DNA from: Candidatus Omnitrophota bacterium
GTDB lineage: Bacteria > Omnitrophota > Gorgyraeia > Gygaellales > Profunditerraquicolaceae
Direction of reading: 5' to 3'
DNA length: 64,000 nucleotides
Assembly (NCBI GenBank): GCA_011620275.1
Contig: WOZK01000031.1
Span: 23,479 to 87,478 of the forward strand
Shown here: piece after piece, positions 46,831-57,253 of the stretch
Layout: every line of letters starts with the position of its first letter
Position numbering within the stretch: position 1 is the first letter of the stretch
Made by a program: the position numbers and the translations under genes
Notes under the pieces: model-generated
Database searches by the model: none
Told to the model about the DNA's origin: nothing
Seen by the model: only the letters and a program-made list of their open reading frames with translations

Positions 46831-47043
46831 TTACTCTCTTGCGATGGCAAGCGTGATAATACCTGCAAGAATGAGAAACAAGCCTATGCACCCCATGAAC
46901 ACTATCTTGAGGCTATCAAACCAGCCGATCACAGCCCAGGCTCCCAGGCCGAGAAAAACCAGGCCGAGAATGAATTTAAACGCCGTGCCGAGCGTCTTCT
47001 TGCAACCGCAACCCTTTACGTCTTTCTTTGTATCTTCCGCCAT
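46831..47043 (-). CDS. Small two-TM membrane protein
   Basis: GGGGGAG RBS and two hydrophobic helices. Confidence 0.7.
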   Translation of the reverse strand: MAEDTKKDVKGCGCKKTLGTAFKFILGLVFLGLGAWAVIGWFDSLKIVFMGCIGLFLILAGIITLAIARE

Positions 47044-47138
47044 AACTCCCCCTTTCACTGTAGATTGTTCTTCTCCGCCGTACGGACGGAGAATCGTTTT
47101 CTATCGTTCTCTAATGAAGAACTGCCGGCGCGCAAAAC

Positions 47139-48056
47139 TTATACCGCCATTTCTTCCTCCGGACGCGCCTTCCAGCGTTTATGCATCCAGCCCCATTCGG
47201 GAGGATATCTTCTGATATAAGCCTCTATAACCGCCGTGATATTCTGGACGCTTTCGGTTATACAATCCGGACCTTCCGGCAGCGCCACCTGCGGTTCGAA
47301 GATTATCCGGTGCGTATTATCCGGCTGACGGACGATAAAACAGGGGACGATGGTGGATCCGGTGCGCTGCGCCAGCACCACCGGCCCGGTGGCGGTTGCG
47401 GCTTTTCTGCCGAAGAAATCGACGAACACGCCGGCCGTGCCGAAATTCTGGTCCATTGGGATAAACACCATCTCATTGCTGCGCAGGGCGCGCAGGGTCT
47501 CCCTGACGCATGCCTGGCGGGGCTGGCTATAGATAACCCTCATCCCGAACTTGCTGCGTTTGCGGATAAGGAACCTCTCCATACGGATATCCCTCATCCT
47601 GCGCATGATGACCCCTATCCTGTAACCGTCAATGTCCAACTTTGCGATCAAAAGAGGAAAATTGCCGAAATGCGCGCTGACTAATATCACCCCTCTACCG
47701 GCGGCAAGGGCTCTTTCCAGGTGTTCTCTGCCTTCTATCTCCACCCACCCCGCCATATACGTGTAGTCCACAGTCAGCTTGAGAATTTCGACCCCGGATT
47801 TGGCTATGGAAATAAAACAATCCCGGCAAATCTTCTTGAGCTCACCGTTGTCTTTCTCTTTTCCGAAAGCTATACGCAGGCTGTCCATTACGACCCTGCG
47901 GTGTTTCACGGCTATAATATGAAAAACGCGGCCGAGAACGGTGGAAAACCCGTATAAAAAACGGCCGGGCAGCACTTTTATTATTAAAGAACACGTCATA
48001 AGCGCCGCCCAGGCGAAGAAACGCGTGGCCTCTTTGGATATTTTTTTAAATTGCAT
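47139..48056 (-). CDS. Lipid A lauroyl/lysophospholipid acyltransferase (HtrB/LpxL family)
   Basis: SAHFGNF, MDQN, VDFFG and PPEWGWMHKRWK. Confidence 0.9.
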   Translation of the reverse strand: MQFKKISKEATRFFAWAALMTCSLIIKVLPGRFLYGFSTVLGRVFHIIAVKHRRVVMDSLRIAFGKEKDNGELKKICRDCFISIAKSGVEILKLTVDYTYMAGWVEIEGREHLERALAAGRGVILVSAHFGNFPLLIAKLDIDGYRIGVIMRRMRDIRMERFLIRKRSKFGMRVIYSQPRQACVRETLRALRSNEMVFIPMDQNFGTAGVFVDFFGRKAATATGPVVLAQRTGSTIVPCFIVRQPDNTHRIIFEPQVALPEGPDCITESVQNITAVIEAYIRRYPPEWGWMHKRWKARPEEEMAV

Positions 48057-48160
48057 CTTCTACCTTGGATTACGGGCGGAACCCGTCACAGCACCGTATC
48101 CGCCGTATTATAGCAAAAAAAAACACCAATTCAAGAGCAAAAGCCGGACCGGGTGGGCGG

Positions 48161-48646
48161 TTATAGTTTATAGCCTATCTTTCGCAACAGTCCGCGCCTC
48201 CAGGCAATGTCTTCCGCCGACTCCGCTCCTTTCGGCTTGGCGCCGTCTATCACTCCCATAATACCGCATCCAGCCGCGGTCTCAGCCACTATGACCTCCA
48301 CGGAATTTGCGGTTGCGCAATATATACAGCAGACCTCCTGGACGGCCTTGACGGCGTTCAACACGTTGATAGGAAAAGCGTCGCGCATGCAGATTATGAA
48401 AAAGTGGCCCGCTCCTATGGAAGCTGCGTTTTCCGCCGCCGTCATCTTTAACTCCGAATCGTTGCCTTCGACGCGTATCCTGCATGCCCCTGAAGACTCC
48501 ACAAAAGCCAGGCCGAATTTTATGCCGGGAACCGAACCGGCCATCACCTCGTAAAGATCCTCCACGGTTTTTATGAAATGGCTCTGACCGAGGATGACAT
48601 TGACATCGTCCGGTTTTGCGACTTTAACGCTCCTGAATTCCAGCAT
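48161..48646 (-). CDS. Adenosine-specific kinase family protein (DUF355)
   Basis: NVILGQSHFIKTVEDL, GAGH, CATAN and GVIDG. Confidence 0.9.
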   Translation of the reverse strand: MLEFRSVKVAKPDDVNVILGQSHFIKTVEDLYEVMAGSVPGIKFGLAFVESSGACRIRVEGNDSELKMTAAENAASIGAGHFFIICMRDAFPINVLNAVKAVQEVCCIYCATANSVEVIVAETAAGCGIMGVIDGAKPKGAESAEDIAWRRGLLRKIGYKL

Positions 48647-48659
48647 CGTTCCCCCCTTT

Positions 48660-50048
48660 TTATTTATTCAACCTGATCCGGCGGAACCCCGCCGCCCCCC
48701 GCGGCTGCATTCTGTCGTAAGTCCTGATGGAGACCAACATCCGGTCAGGGTCGCCCAGAAGATGCAGGGGTATCCCCACGGTTACCCGCTCCTTGCTTAA
48801 TTGCACGGAAACACCCCCGGAAGAAACGGGCCTCCCTTTGTCGAACATCTTGAAGACGTTGTAGCGGCTGATGAACATGATCTTCGGCATAGCGGCGAAC
48901 TCCACTCCATTCTTATAGCCGAAAATGTAAGCGGTGAACACGAACCTCTTCTCCAATTCCCAGTTCTTCCCGACGGTTATATAAAAAACCCCTCCGGAGA
49001 CGGAATAACTTGCCTCCCCGGCCTCGTTCGGTCCGGAAGGATCGTATTCCTCGTCCGGGATCTCCCTGGAAAATGGGAATAACCTCCCTTTACCGACGCT
49101 GCCCAGCGTTATCTCCGGATAATCACCAAAAAGCTCGTTGCCGCGGACAAAGGATAAAAGATAAAAAGCGCTGGACCTGGTCTGACTTCTGTAACAAAGT
49201 ATGGCGTCGTGTTTTTTCCCTATATCGGCCCCGTTAAGCCGATGAACCCTCCAATCCAGGGCGAGGCCGGAGAACTGCCCGGGAGGCAGAAGCGGAAGAT
49301 CCGGGTGATAATGTCTCGGCAGAGGCCAGCCCGGGCAATGCACCAGATAAGGAAACACCTGCGGCCTGCCGATCTCCTTTTCCAGATCAGCAAGCGCGAT
49401 ACAGAGAAATAGGTAATACGCCTTGTGATCCACGTTCACGTCTCCCAGATGGGAAACGAAAATCTTCGTCGGTCTGTAATCCAGCAGTATTTTTTTAAGA
49501 TCGGAGAGGATGTTCTCTCCGTTATAGGCGGAAGCATAACTGAAGTTGTCTTTGTAAGGGACCGCCGATATCCTTGTAAGGATGCTCTTATAAGGTTTTC
49601 TGCTCTTCCAGTATTTGCAGAATATCGAGAAAGTGCCGAAATCCGGATAGCCGAGGAACACGAGGTCTTCTACCGGGACGCCCAGCGATCTCATGGCCTG
49701 GACAGCCTCGCGCCTGCGCACTTCTCCCATCTGGATGAACTCTCCGGTGCGCAGCACCGGCCTTTTCTTGTAGACAAGGAACGCCAGCTGGTTGTGGTCT
49801 CCGTTTGTCAGGTAAGCCACTTTTAGAAACGCCCCGCGGCGTAAAGCTTCCTGTATAACACCCGCGCACGCGATAGCCTCGTCGTCTGGATGAGGGGCAA
49901 GGATAAGCACCTTGTCCGAAGCGGAAAATGCCGGAAGCCTCATAAAGATCCCGCTGGCGGCTTCCTCCGCAGCTGCCGTCCGGGCGGTAAAGAAACAGAA
50001 CAGGAATAATGCTGCGGGAAATAAATACCGGCCTGTTCTATAACTCAT
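48660..50048 (-). CDS. Secreted PIG-L family deacetylase
   Basis: APHPDDE, TNGD, RRREA, FLGYPD, DH and YRSQ. Confidence 0.88.
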   Translation of the reverse strand: MSYRTGRYLFPAALFLFCFFTARTAAAEEAASGIFMRLPAFSASDKVLILAPHPDDEAIACAGVIQEALRRGAFLKVAYLTNGDHNQLAFLVYKKRPVLRTGEFIQMGEVRRREAVQAMRSLGVPVEDLVFLGYPDFGTFSIFCKYWKSRKPYKSILTRISAVPYKDNFSYASAYNGENILSDLKKILLDYRPTKIFVSHLGDVNVDHKAYYLFLCIALADLEKEIGRPQVFPYLVHCPGWPLPRHYHPDLPLLPPGQFSGLALDWRVHRLNGADIGKKHDAILCYRSQTRSSAFYLLSFVRGNELFGDYPEITLGSVGKGRLFPFSREIPDEEYDPSGPNEAGEASYSVSGGVFYITVGKNWELEKRFVFTAYIFGYKNGVEFAAMPKIMFISRYNVFKMFDKGRPVSSGGVSVQLSKERVTVGIPLHLLGDPDRMLVSIRTYDRMQPRGAAGFRRIRLNK

Positions 50049-50210
50049 ATCCCCCCATACCGCGCTGTTGCTTTAATCGCCTTCTTTATACTAACAACGC
50101 ACGAAGCAATCGAGAAGTAAAAGTAGATAAAGGAACATCCCGTTTGCGCTCAACATTCTATTGTCGATTTTCTATCGTTCTTCAAATGTAAAGGTAGGCG
50201 CCGGCCGTCT

Positions 50211-51743
50211 TTATTTCAACCGGCGGCGTGTAAGCGCATGCAGAAAACCCGCCCAGAGACCTCCGGCAAAAACAAACATGAAACAAAAATACACCAGCAG
50301 ATCACCGTTAGCGGTGTAAAAAGAACCTCCCTCTCCGGCCCCGCCTACCGGAACGGAAAGGTATCCTTCGGTAAAAAGGGGATCTCCCCGTTTGTTCTTT
50401 ACAATGTCTCTTATTTTCCCCTTACTGTCGATCACGGCGGTAATCCCCGTATTGGCCGCCCTGGCGACCCAGACGCGGTTCTCCACCGCCCTGAACACTG
50501 AAGACTGCAGGTGCTGGGAAGGCGCCCCGCTCCTGCCGAACCAGGCATCATTAGTCATATTGACCAGCAGTCCGGCGCCTGCCCGCACAAAACGACGGCT
50601 GAGCCAAGGAAAGGCGTCTTCGAAACAGATCAAGACGGCAAATTTATGCTCTTTTCCCGCGTTCTCCAAGCCTTTGCCTTCCGCGGTAAAAATCTTGAAT
50701 TCTCTCCCCGGATAGAAGTCGCCTATGGGAACGACCGTCTCAAGGAAACTCAGCGTCTTTCTGAAAGGGATGAATTCACCGAACGGAACGAGATGTATCT
50801 TGCGGTACTCTCCGGTGATTTCTCCTCCGGGAGAAAGAAGAAAAGCGCCGTTGTAATAACCTTCTCCTTCCCGCAGCACCGCTCCGAACAAAAGAGGCGT
50901 ATTCCATTCCCGCACGGTATCGCGCAGCCTTGAATAGAGTTCCGTTTCCTCTCCCATCAATTCCGGGAATGAAGCCTCCGGCCAGATGACCATATCCGGC
51001 TTATCTTTTATGACCGCCTCGGAAGAGATACCCAGAAACTTATCGACTATAAAATTCCTGCTGGAAACCGCCCATTTAAGCTTCTGCGGTATGTTCCCCT
51101 GGACCAGAGCGATCCTGAAATCGCCGGCTGCCGGCGGGGTAAAAAGACGGAACAGGCCGTAGGTAAGAACGGCCATCACGCAGATAATTGCCGGGGCCAC
51201 TCTTTTCGCGGCGGTATCCAAAGGCTGCCTGCCGGAAAAGACAGGGTAGAAAGCGGCATTGAAAAACATAATAAGAAACGACACTCCCCATACCCCGGTA
51301 ATATCGGATATCTGTATGGCGGGAAGATTAAGATACTGCGTGTGCCCGAGCAGCGCCCAGGGGAAACCGGTCAACATCCTGCCGCGCAGATATTCCAGCG
51401 CCGTCCAGGCCGCGGCCAGGAATACCGGAGCTAAAGCCTGCGGCATATTACGGGATAAGGGGAAAACAAGCCCGAAACAGGCAAAATACAACGCCAGATA
51501 CCCGCAAAGCAACAGCATCCCGGGAAAGGTAACCGCCGAAATCCAAGATATGGCGCCAAGCCAGAAGAAAAACCCGCAGAGAAAGAATAGCGTAACAGTT
51601 TGTTTTACGCTCCTGCCTTCCGCGGCGTTAAAGAGGGGCAAAAACGCGATCCAGGCCGCCGGCCAGAGTCCGGCGGGAGGAAAAGACAAAAACAACAGCA
51701 GCGATGAGGATAAAACACTGACGTTCGTTCTGTTAAAAATCAT
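50211..51743 (-). CDS. lnt: Apolipoprotein N-acyltransferase
   Basis: [29 protein letters not shown] and RAANTG. Start overlaps the secA stop. Confidence 0.95.
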   Translation of the reverse strand: MIFNRTNVSVLSSSLLLFLSFPPAGLWPAAWIAFLPLFNAAEGRSVKQTVTLFFLCGFFFWLGAISWISAVTFPGMLLLCGYLALYFACFGLVFPLSRNMPQALAPVFLAAAWTALEYLRGRMLTGFPWALLGHTQYLNLPAIQISDITGVWGVSFLIMFFNAAFYPVFSGRQPLDTAAKRVAPAIICVMAVLTYGLFRLFTPPAAGDFRIALVQGNIPQKLKWAVSSRNFIVDKFLGISSEAVIKDKPDMVIWPEASFPELMGEETELYSRLRDTVREWNTPLLFGAVLREGEGYYNGAFLLSPGGEITGEYRKIHLVPFGEFIPFRKTLSFLETVVPIGDFYPGREFKIFTAEGKGLENAGKEHKFAVLICFEDAFPWLSRRFVRAGAGLLVNMTNDAWFGRSGAPSQHLQSSVFRAVENRVWVARAANTGITAVIDSKGKIRDIVKNKRGDPLFTEGYLSVPVGGAGEGGSFYTANGDLLVYFCFMFVFAGGLWAGFLHALTRRRLK

Positions 51744-54664
51744 CTTCCGCAGCATTTCTTGAACTTCTTGCCGGAGCCGCACGGACAGGGATCATTCCTT
51801 CCGACTTTTACCGCGGAATCGCCATGAGCCTTGCCGCCGGCAGACCCGGCCGCCGGAGCGATCGTGTCTTCACTGTCTTCGCGGCCGCCGGAGCCGGCAA
51901 AAGAACCGGCCTCCGGATGGCTTAATTCCTGCGACGTGGTGCTGAATACTCCCCTGGCCTCTCTCCGCGGTTCCGGACGGAGCTTGAAAAGGATCTCCAG
52001 GGATTCCTCTTCCACGGCGGAGATCATATTGTTGAACATCTCGAACGCCTCGCGTTTATACTCGACAAGGGGATCGCGCTGGCCGTAAGCGCGCAGCCCT
52101 ATGCCCTCGCGCAGATTATCCATCGCGTAAAGATGATCCTTCCACCTGGAATCTATAATTTGCAGGAAAACCATCCGTTCTATTAAACGCATGTTCTCTT
52201 CCCCCGCCTCTTTCTCTTTGTCTAAATATGCCTCCGAGACCATAGTATAGATGATATCGGACAACGTCCCGCCCTCTTTGGCCAGCAACTCCTCCCGGGA
52301 GAACTCCAGGCCGAATTTCAGTTTCAGGGTGCCCAGTAGTCCGTCGTAATCGGACTGCGCGGGATCCTCGCCGGAATACATACCGGCCAATCCGGAGACG
52401 CTCCTCTCCATGATGGCAAAAATATTATCCTTCAGCGAGATGCCGTCGAGTATCTGCCTGCGCTGGCTGTAAACCACCTCGCGCTGCTTGTTCATCACGT
52501 TATCGTATTCCAGTAGCTGCTTGCGTATCTCGAAATTATGCTGTTCCACCCGGCGCTGCGCCACCTCTATGGATTTGTTAATCCAGGGATGCTCGATTAC
52601 CTGACCTTCCTCGAGTCCCAACCGGTCCATTATCCCGACCAGCCGGTCGGAACCGAACAAACGCATCAGGTTGTCCCCGAGAGACACATAGAAACGCGAA
52701 GAACCCGGGTCCCCCTGCCTGCCGGAACGCCCGCGCAACTGATTGTCAATCCTGCGCGCTTCGTGCCTTTCCGTTCCTATTATATGCAACCCTCCGGCTT
52801 CCACCACCCTGCGGTGTTCTTCTTCCGTTTCTCTTCTGTATTTTTCCAGCAGGCGGGTATATTCGGCAAGACGCTGTTCCTCCCCGACAAACTCTTTTTG
52901 GTTAAGCACGCTCCTGGCGATGAAACCGGGATTGCCACCCAGAAGTATATCGGTGCCGCGGCCGGCCATGTTGGTGGCTATGGTCACCGCTTTATATCTT
53001 CCGGCTTGCGCCACGATCTGCGCTTCCATCTCGTGGTATTTGGCGTTCAGCACCTGGTGTTCTATACCTCTTTTCTTAAGCATGCCCGACAGCAATTCCG
53101 ATTTCTCTATGGAAACCGTGCCGACCAGCACCGGTCTGCCGGAAGAATGCATCCGGGTTATCTCTTCGACCACGGCGTTGAATTTCTCCGCCTCGGTCTT
53201 ATATATACGGTCCGGATAATTTATGCGGATCAGCGGCCTGTTAGTGGGGACCACCACCACGTCCAGTTTATAGATCGCTTTGAATTCGTTGGCCTCGGTA
53301 TAAGCGGTACCGGTCATGCCGGAGAGTTTTTCGTACATACGGAAAAAATTCTGGAAAGTGATCGTGGCCAGGGTCTGATTCTCCCTCTCTATCTTCATCC
53401 TTTCCTTGGCCTCCACCGCCTGGTGCAGTCCGTCCGACCAGCGCCTTCCTGGCATCAACCTGCCGGTGAACTCGTCTACTATAATTACCTGCCCGTCTTT
53501 AACCACGTAATCCACGTCCCTTTTATACAGGTTGTGGGCCCTCAACGCCTGGATAACATGATGTCTCCATTCCATAGTCTCCATGTCGTGCAGACTGGGG
53601 ATGTTCAACAATGAGCAGACCTTCGCCTCTCCCTGTTCGGTCAGATAGGCATTCCGCGCCTTTTCATCCACGACATAATCGTAGCCTTTGGAGAGGTCCA
53701 CTCCTTTGTATTTGGCCTCGATCTGCTCCTTTTCCATGATCAGTTTCCCTTTCAGCCGAGGGATGATCCTGTCTATGGTATAATACTTGTCCGTGGACTC
53801 CTCTGCGGGACCGGAAATTATCAGGGGGGTGCGGGCCTCGTCCACAAGTATGGAATCCACCTCGTCTACGATGGCGTAATAGAAAGGCCTCTGCACAAGT
53901 TCGGAGGAGTTGTATTTCATGTTGTCGCGCAGGTAGTCGAACCCGAACTCGTTGTTCGTGCCGTAAGTGATGTCGCAGGCATAGGCTGATTTGCGGGCTT
54001 CATCGGACATGTCGTGCTGTATGACGCCCACGCTCAATCCGAGAAACTCGAAAACCGGCCCCATCCATTCCCTGTCGCGCCTGGCCAGGTAATCATTGAC
54101 CGTCACGATGTGCACCCCGCGGCCCAAGAGAGCGTTAAGATAAGCGGGAAGAGTAGCCACCAGGGTTTTGCCTTCCCCGGTGGACATCTCGGCGATCTTC
54201 CCCTGGTGCAGGATCAGTCCGCCGATTATCTGCGAGTCGAAATGCCTGAGCCCGATGGTGCGCCTGGATGCTTCCCGGACCACCGCGAAGGCCTCGGCGA
54301 GAATCCCGTCGAAGACGCGGTTACGCGCCAGCTTCAGCTTCTCTTTCAGCCTCTCTTTTTCCTCGGCAATGGCGGCGTTCTCCACGGCCAAAGCGATCTC
54401 CGCGAGCCGATCCGCGCACGCCTTTTCCTTTTCCCGCAGGTATTCTCTGAACTGCTCGCTTTTACCGCGCAGTTCTGCGTCGGAGAGCCGGCCGACCTCC
54501 TCCTCCCGAGCATTCACGACGGCGACGGCGCCGGCCAGCGAAACCACCGCATCCAGCGAAGGCATCGGCATATCCGGATGCAACGTTATATTGATCCCCT
54601 TGTATTTGCGGTCAATCGTCTTCTGTTTACCGGCGAGCACCGCCTTCTTGAAAAAGCCGAACAT
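51740..54664 (-). CDS. secA: Preprotein translocase subunit SecA
   Basis: [32 protein letters not shown] and a SEC-C motif [13 protein letters not shown]. Confidence 0.98.
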   Translation of the reverse strand: MFGFFKKAVLAGKQKTIDRKYKGINITLHPDMPMPSLDAVVSLAGAVAVVNAREEEVGRLSDAELRGKSEQFREYLREKEKACADRLAEIALAVENAAIAEEKERLKEKLKLARNRVFDGILAEAFAVVREASRRTIGLRHFDSQIIGGLILHQGKIAEMSTGEGKTLVATLPAYLNALLGRGVHIVTVNDYLARRDREWMGPVFEFLGLSVGVIQHDMSDEARKSAYACDITYGTNNEFGFDYLRDNMKYNSSELVQRPFYYAIVDEVDSILVDEARTPLIISGPAEESTDKYYTIDRIIPRLKGKLIMEKEQIEAKYKGVDLSKGYDYVVDEKARNAYLTEQGEAKVCSLLNIPSLHDMETMEWRHHVIQALRAHNLYKRDVDYVVKDGQVIIVDEFTGRLMPGRRWSDGLHQAVEAKERMKIERENQTLATITFQNFFRMYEKLSGMTGTAYTEANEFKAIYKLDVVVVPTNRPLIRINYPDRIYKTEAEKFNAVVEEITRMHSSGRPVLVGTVSIEKSELLSGMLKKRGIEHQVLNAKYHEMEAQIVAQAGRYKAVTIATNMAGRGTDILLGGNPGFIARSVLNQKEFVGEEQRLAEYTRLLEKYRRETEEEHRRVVEAGGLHIIGTERHEARRIDNQLRGRSGRQGDPGSSRFYVSLGDNLMRLFGSDRLVGIMDRLGLEEGQVIEHPWINKSIEVAQRRVEQHNFEIRKQLLEYDNVMNKQREVVYSQRRQILDGISLKDNIFAIMERSVSGLAGMYSGEDPAQSDYDGLLGTLKLKFGLEFSREELLAKEGGTLSDIIYTMVSEAYLDKEKEAGEENMRLIERMVFLQIIDSRWKDHLYAMDNLREGIGLRAYGQRDPLVEYKREAFEMFNNMISAVEEESLEILFKLRPEPRREARGVFSTTSQELSHPEAGSFAGSGGREDSEDTIAPAAGSAGGKAHGDSAVKVGRNDPCPCGSGKKFKKCCGR

Positions 54665-54669
54665 CGCGT

Positions 54670-55771
54670 TTATCCTTCCGCTTTTTTTCTCAAATAGGCC
54701 TCGATGAAACCGTCGAGGTCCCCATCCATCACTCCGCCGGCGTCTCCGGTTTCCAGCCCGGTGCGATGGTCCTTAACCATGGTATACGGATGCATGACAT
54801 AAGAACGGATTTGGCTGCCCCACTCTATTTTCTTCTTCGAGGAGTCGCATTGCCTGCTTAATTCCTCCTCTTTTCTACGCTGTTCTATCTCGTAAATCCT
54901 GGACTTCAGCATCTTCATCGCAGTCTGCTTATTCTGAAACTGGGACCTTTCATTCTGGCACTGCACGACGGTCCCTGTGGGGAGATGCGTAATGCGCACC
55001 GCCGAATCCGTAGTATTGACGCTCTGCCCGCCGGGGCCCGAAGAACGAAAAACGTCTATGCGCAGGTCTTTCTCTTCTATCTTGAAATCGACTTCGTCCT
55101 CTATTTCCGGGACGACGTCCACGGAGGCGAAAGAAGTATGTCTGCGTTTATTGGCGTCGAAGGGCGAGATGCGCACCAGGCGGTGGACGCCGCGCTCAGA
55201 CCTCAAATAGCCGTAGGCGTGTTCTCCGCCCACGTACAACGTAGCGTTCTTAACACCGGCCTCTTCCCCGTAAAGGATATCTACCATTCTGGCTTCATAC
55301 CCTTTATCTTCGGCCCAACGCGCGTACATCCTGAGCAGCATCTGCGCCCAGTCGCATGATTCGGTCCCGCCGGCCCCGGCGTTTACGCTCAAGAAAGCGC
55401 TGTTGGCGTCGAACCTTCCGCTTAAAAGAGTCTTCAGCTCCAGTTTCTCCACGCTGCGGGACAACGCTTCTACTCCGAAGCTTATCTCGGCTGCCAACTC
55501 CCCGTCATCTTCCTTAAGCAGCTCTGCCAGTTCCCGCAATTCCCTGTGTCTGTCTACCGTTTCCTGCCAGGGAGCGGTAACCGCCTTCAGAGATTTCAGG
55601 CGTTTCACCACGGAATTGGCCTTTTCCTGATTGTCCCAAAAGCCCGGCTCCGCCATCTCCGAAGAAAATCGCTCGACCTGTTCCAGCTTTTCTTCTATGT
55701 CAAAGATAACCTCTAAGCTGCTCGAGCTTCGCGTGAATACGCTCCAGGCCGGTCTTGATATTGTCTATCAT
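54670..55771 (-). CDS. prfB: Peptide chain release factor 2 with a programmed +1 frameshift
   Basis: The first frame [23 protein letters not shown] ends at CTT-TGA-C (55699-55705), preceded by the internal SD AGAGG. The second frame contains SPF and GGQ. Confidence 0.96.
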
Positions 55772-55810
55772 CTCGTTCTCTCCTTGTAAAACGGCGTTGC
55801 CAGCCGCTTC

Positions 55811-56887
55811 TCAGCCCCGGCAGATGCCTCTCAGGGCGAGCATGAATTCGTCTTTGTTATCGCAGTAAATCAGGGCTGTCTCTTCCGTTATCTTGCCTTC
55901 TCTAACGAGTTTTACCAGCGCCTGGCTGAAAGACTGCATACCGTATACGGCGCCGTCGTCTACGAACTGGGGAATCTCCCATGTCTTTCCTTCCCTGAGC
56001 AGACGGCTGATGGTAGGGGTCTGCAACATGGTCTCGTAAGCAGGGATCCTTCCTTTCCCCTCCTTGGACGGGAGAAGTCGCAGAGAAATTACACCTTTAA
56101 GCAGATAGGACAGTTGGGTCCTTACCTCGGCATGCTGATGCGGAGGAAAGAAATTAACTATGCGTTCCAGCGTTTGCGGGGCATTAATGGTATGCAGAGT
56201 GCTCAATACCAGCACGCCGGTCTCGGCGGCGGTGAGCGCGGCGGACATGGTCTCGTAATCCCTGATGTTGCCTATGAAAATCACGTCCGGGCTCTGCAGT
56301 GTGAACGCGCGCAGCGCCACCGCATATGAAGACACGTCTATCCCCAACTCCCTCTGATTTATGATGGAGCGCTTGTCCTTGAAGGTGAACTCGATCGGTT
56401 CTTCCACGGTCAGGATGTGCTTGTTGGCGTTATTGTTCACGTATTCAATCATACTGGCTATCGTGGTGGATTTGCCGCTACCCACGCTGCCCGTCAGAAG
56501 AATCAACCCTCTTTTCTCCATGGAAAGCCTGGAGAGGATATCGGAAGGCAGATGTAATTCCTCGAAAGTCTGTATGGCAGACCGGATACTCCTGACCACC
56601 AGCGCCGGCCAATTCCTCTGCATGAAGATGCTGATACGGAAACGGTTATCCAGTTCCGGGACATACACGCCGAAGTCCACGTCCAGCGTGCGCTGAAAGA
56701 AATCCTTTAACTCGTTTGAGGTCAATTCCTTAACCGCTTCGTTTACCTCGTCAAGGGTGATTATCCTTTCGTCAACGGAGATGACCTCTCCGTCTATGCG
56801 CAGGCGCACGTTTGACCCGGCGCGGAAGAACATGTCCGAAGCGTTCCTGTCCAGCATCATCTTGAGATAGTTCTTGATATTGGTCAT
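55811..56887 (-). CDS. PilT/PilU-family ATPase with degenerate catalytic motifs
   Basis: ASD, Walker A GSVGSGKST, TVEEPIE, QRELG, PDVIFIGNIRD, STLHT and GMQSF. Confidence 0.88.
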   Translation of the reverse strand: MTNIKNYLKMMLDRNASDMFFRAGSNVRLRIDGEVISVDERIITLDEVNEAVKELTSNELKDFFQRTLDVDFGVYVPELDNRFRISIFMQRNWPALVVRSIRSAIQTFEELHLPSDILSRLSMEKRGLILLTGSVGSGKSTTIASMIEYVNNNANKHILTVEEPIEFTFKDKRSIINQRELGIDVSSYAVALRAFTLQSPDVIFIGNIRDYETMSAALTAAETGVLVLSTLHTINAPQTLERIVNFFPPHQHAEVRTQLSYLLKGVISLRLLPSKEGKGRIPAYETMLQTPTISRLLREGKTWEIPQFVDDGAVYGMQSFSQALVKLVREGKITEETALIYCDNKDEFMLALRGICRG

Positions 56888-56968
56888 AATGGCACCTCCG
56901 CTGCTGCCTACGGAAAAATCATCTTCCCGCCGCCACTTATCCGAAGAAAATCTTGAATCTTGATTATA

Positions 56969-57253
56969 TCATATCTTTGCCGTTTTTCGCTCAAATTCTA
57001 TCAAAAACTTCTTCATCTTCCTGCCGTAAACATATTCCCCGGCATCGCCTCCGCTTTTCACCACACGGTGGCAGGGGATGAGTATCGGCCAAGGGTTATT
57101 CTTCAGGGCGGTCCCCACGGCGCGGCAGGACAGCTCATTCCCCGTCTTAGCCGCCACCCATTTATAAGTGCGCACTTGACCGTAGGGAATGGAGGCGACG
57201 GCGAGATACACTTCAAGCGCGAATGGGCTCAAACCGGTTCTCTTGCTTTTCAT
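56969..57253 (-). CDS. MGMT-family (O6-alkylguanine DNA alkyltransferase) protein
   Basis: IPYGQVRTY, RAVG and IPCHRVV. Confidence 0.92.
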   Translation of the reverse strand: MKSKRTGLSPFALEVYLAVASIPYGQVRTYKWVAAKTGNELSCRAVGTALKNNPWPILIPCHRVVKSGGDAGEYVYGRKMKKFLIEFERKTAKI

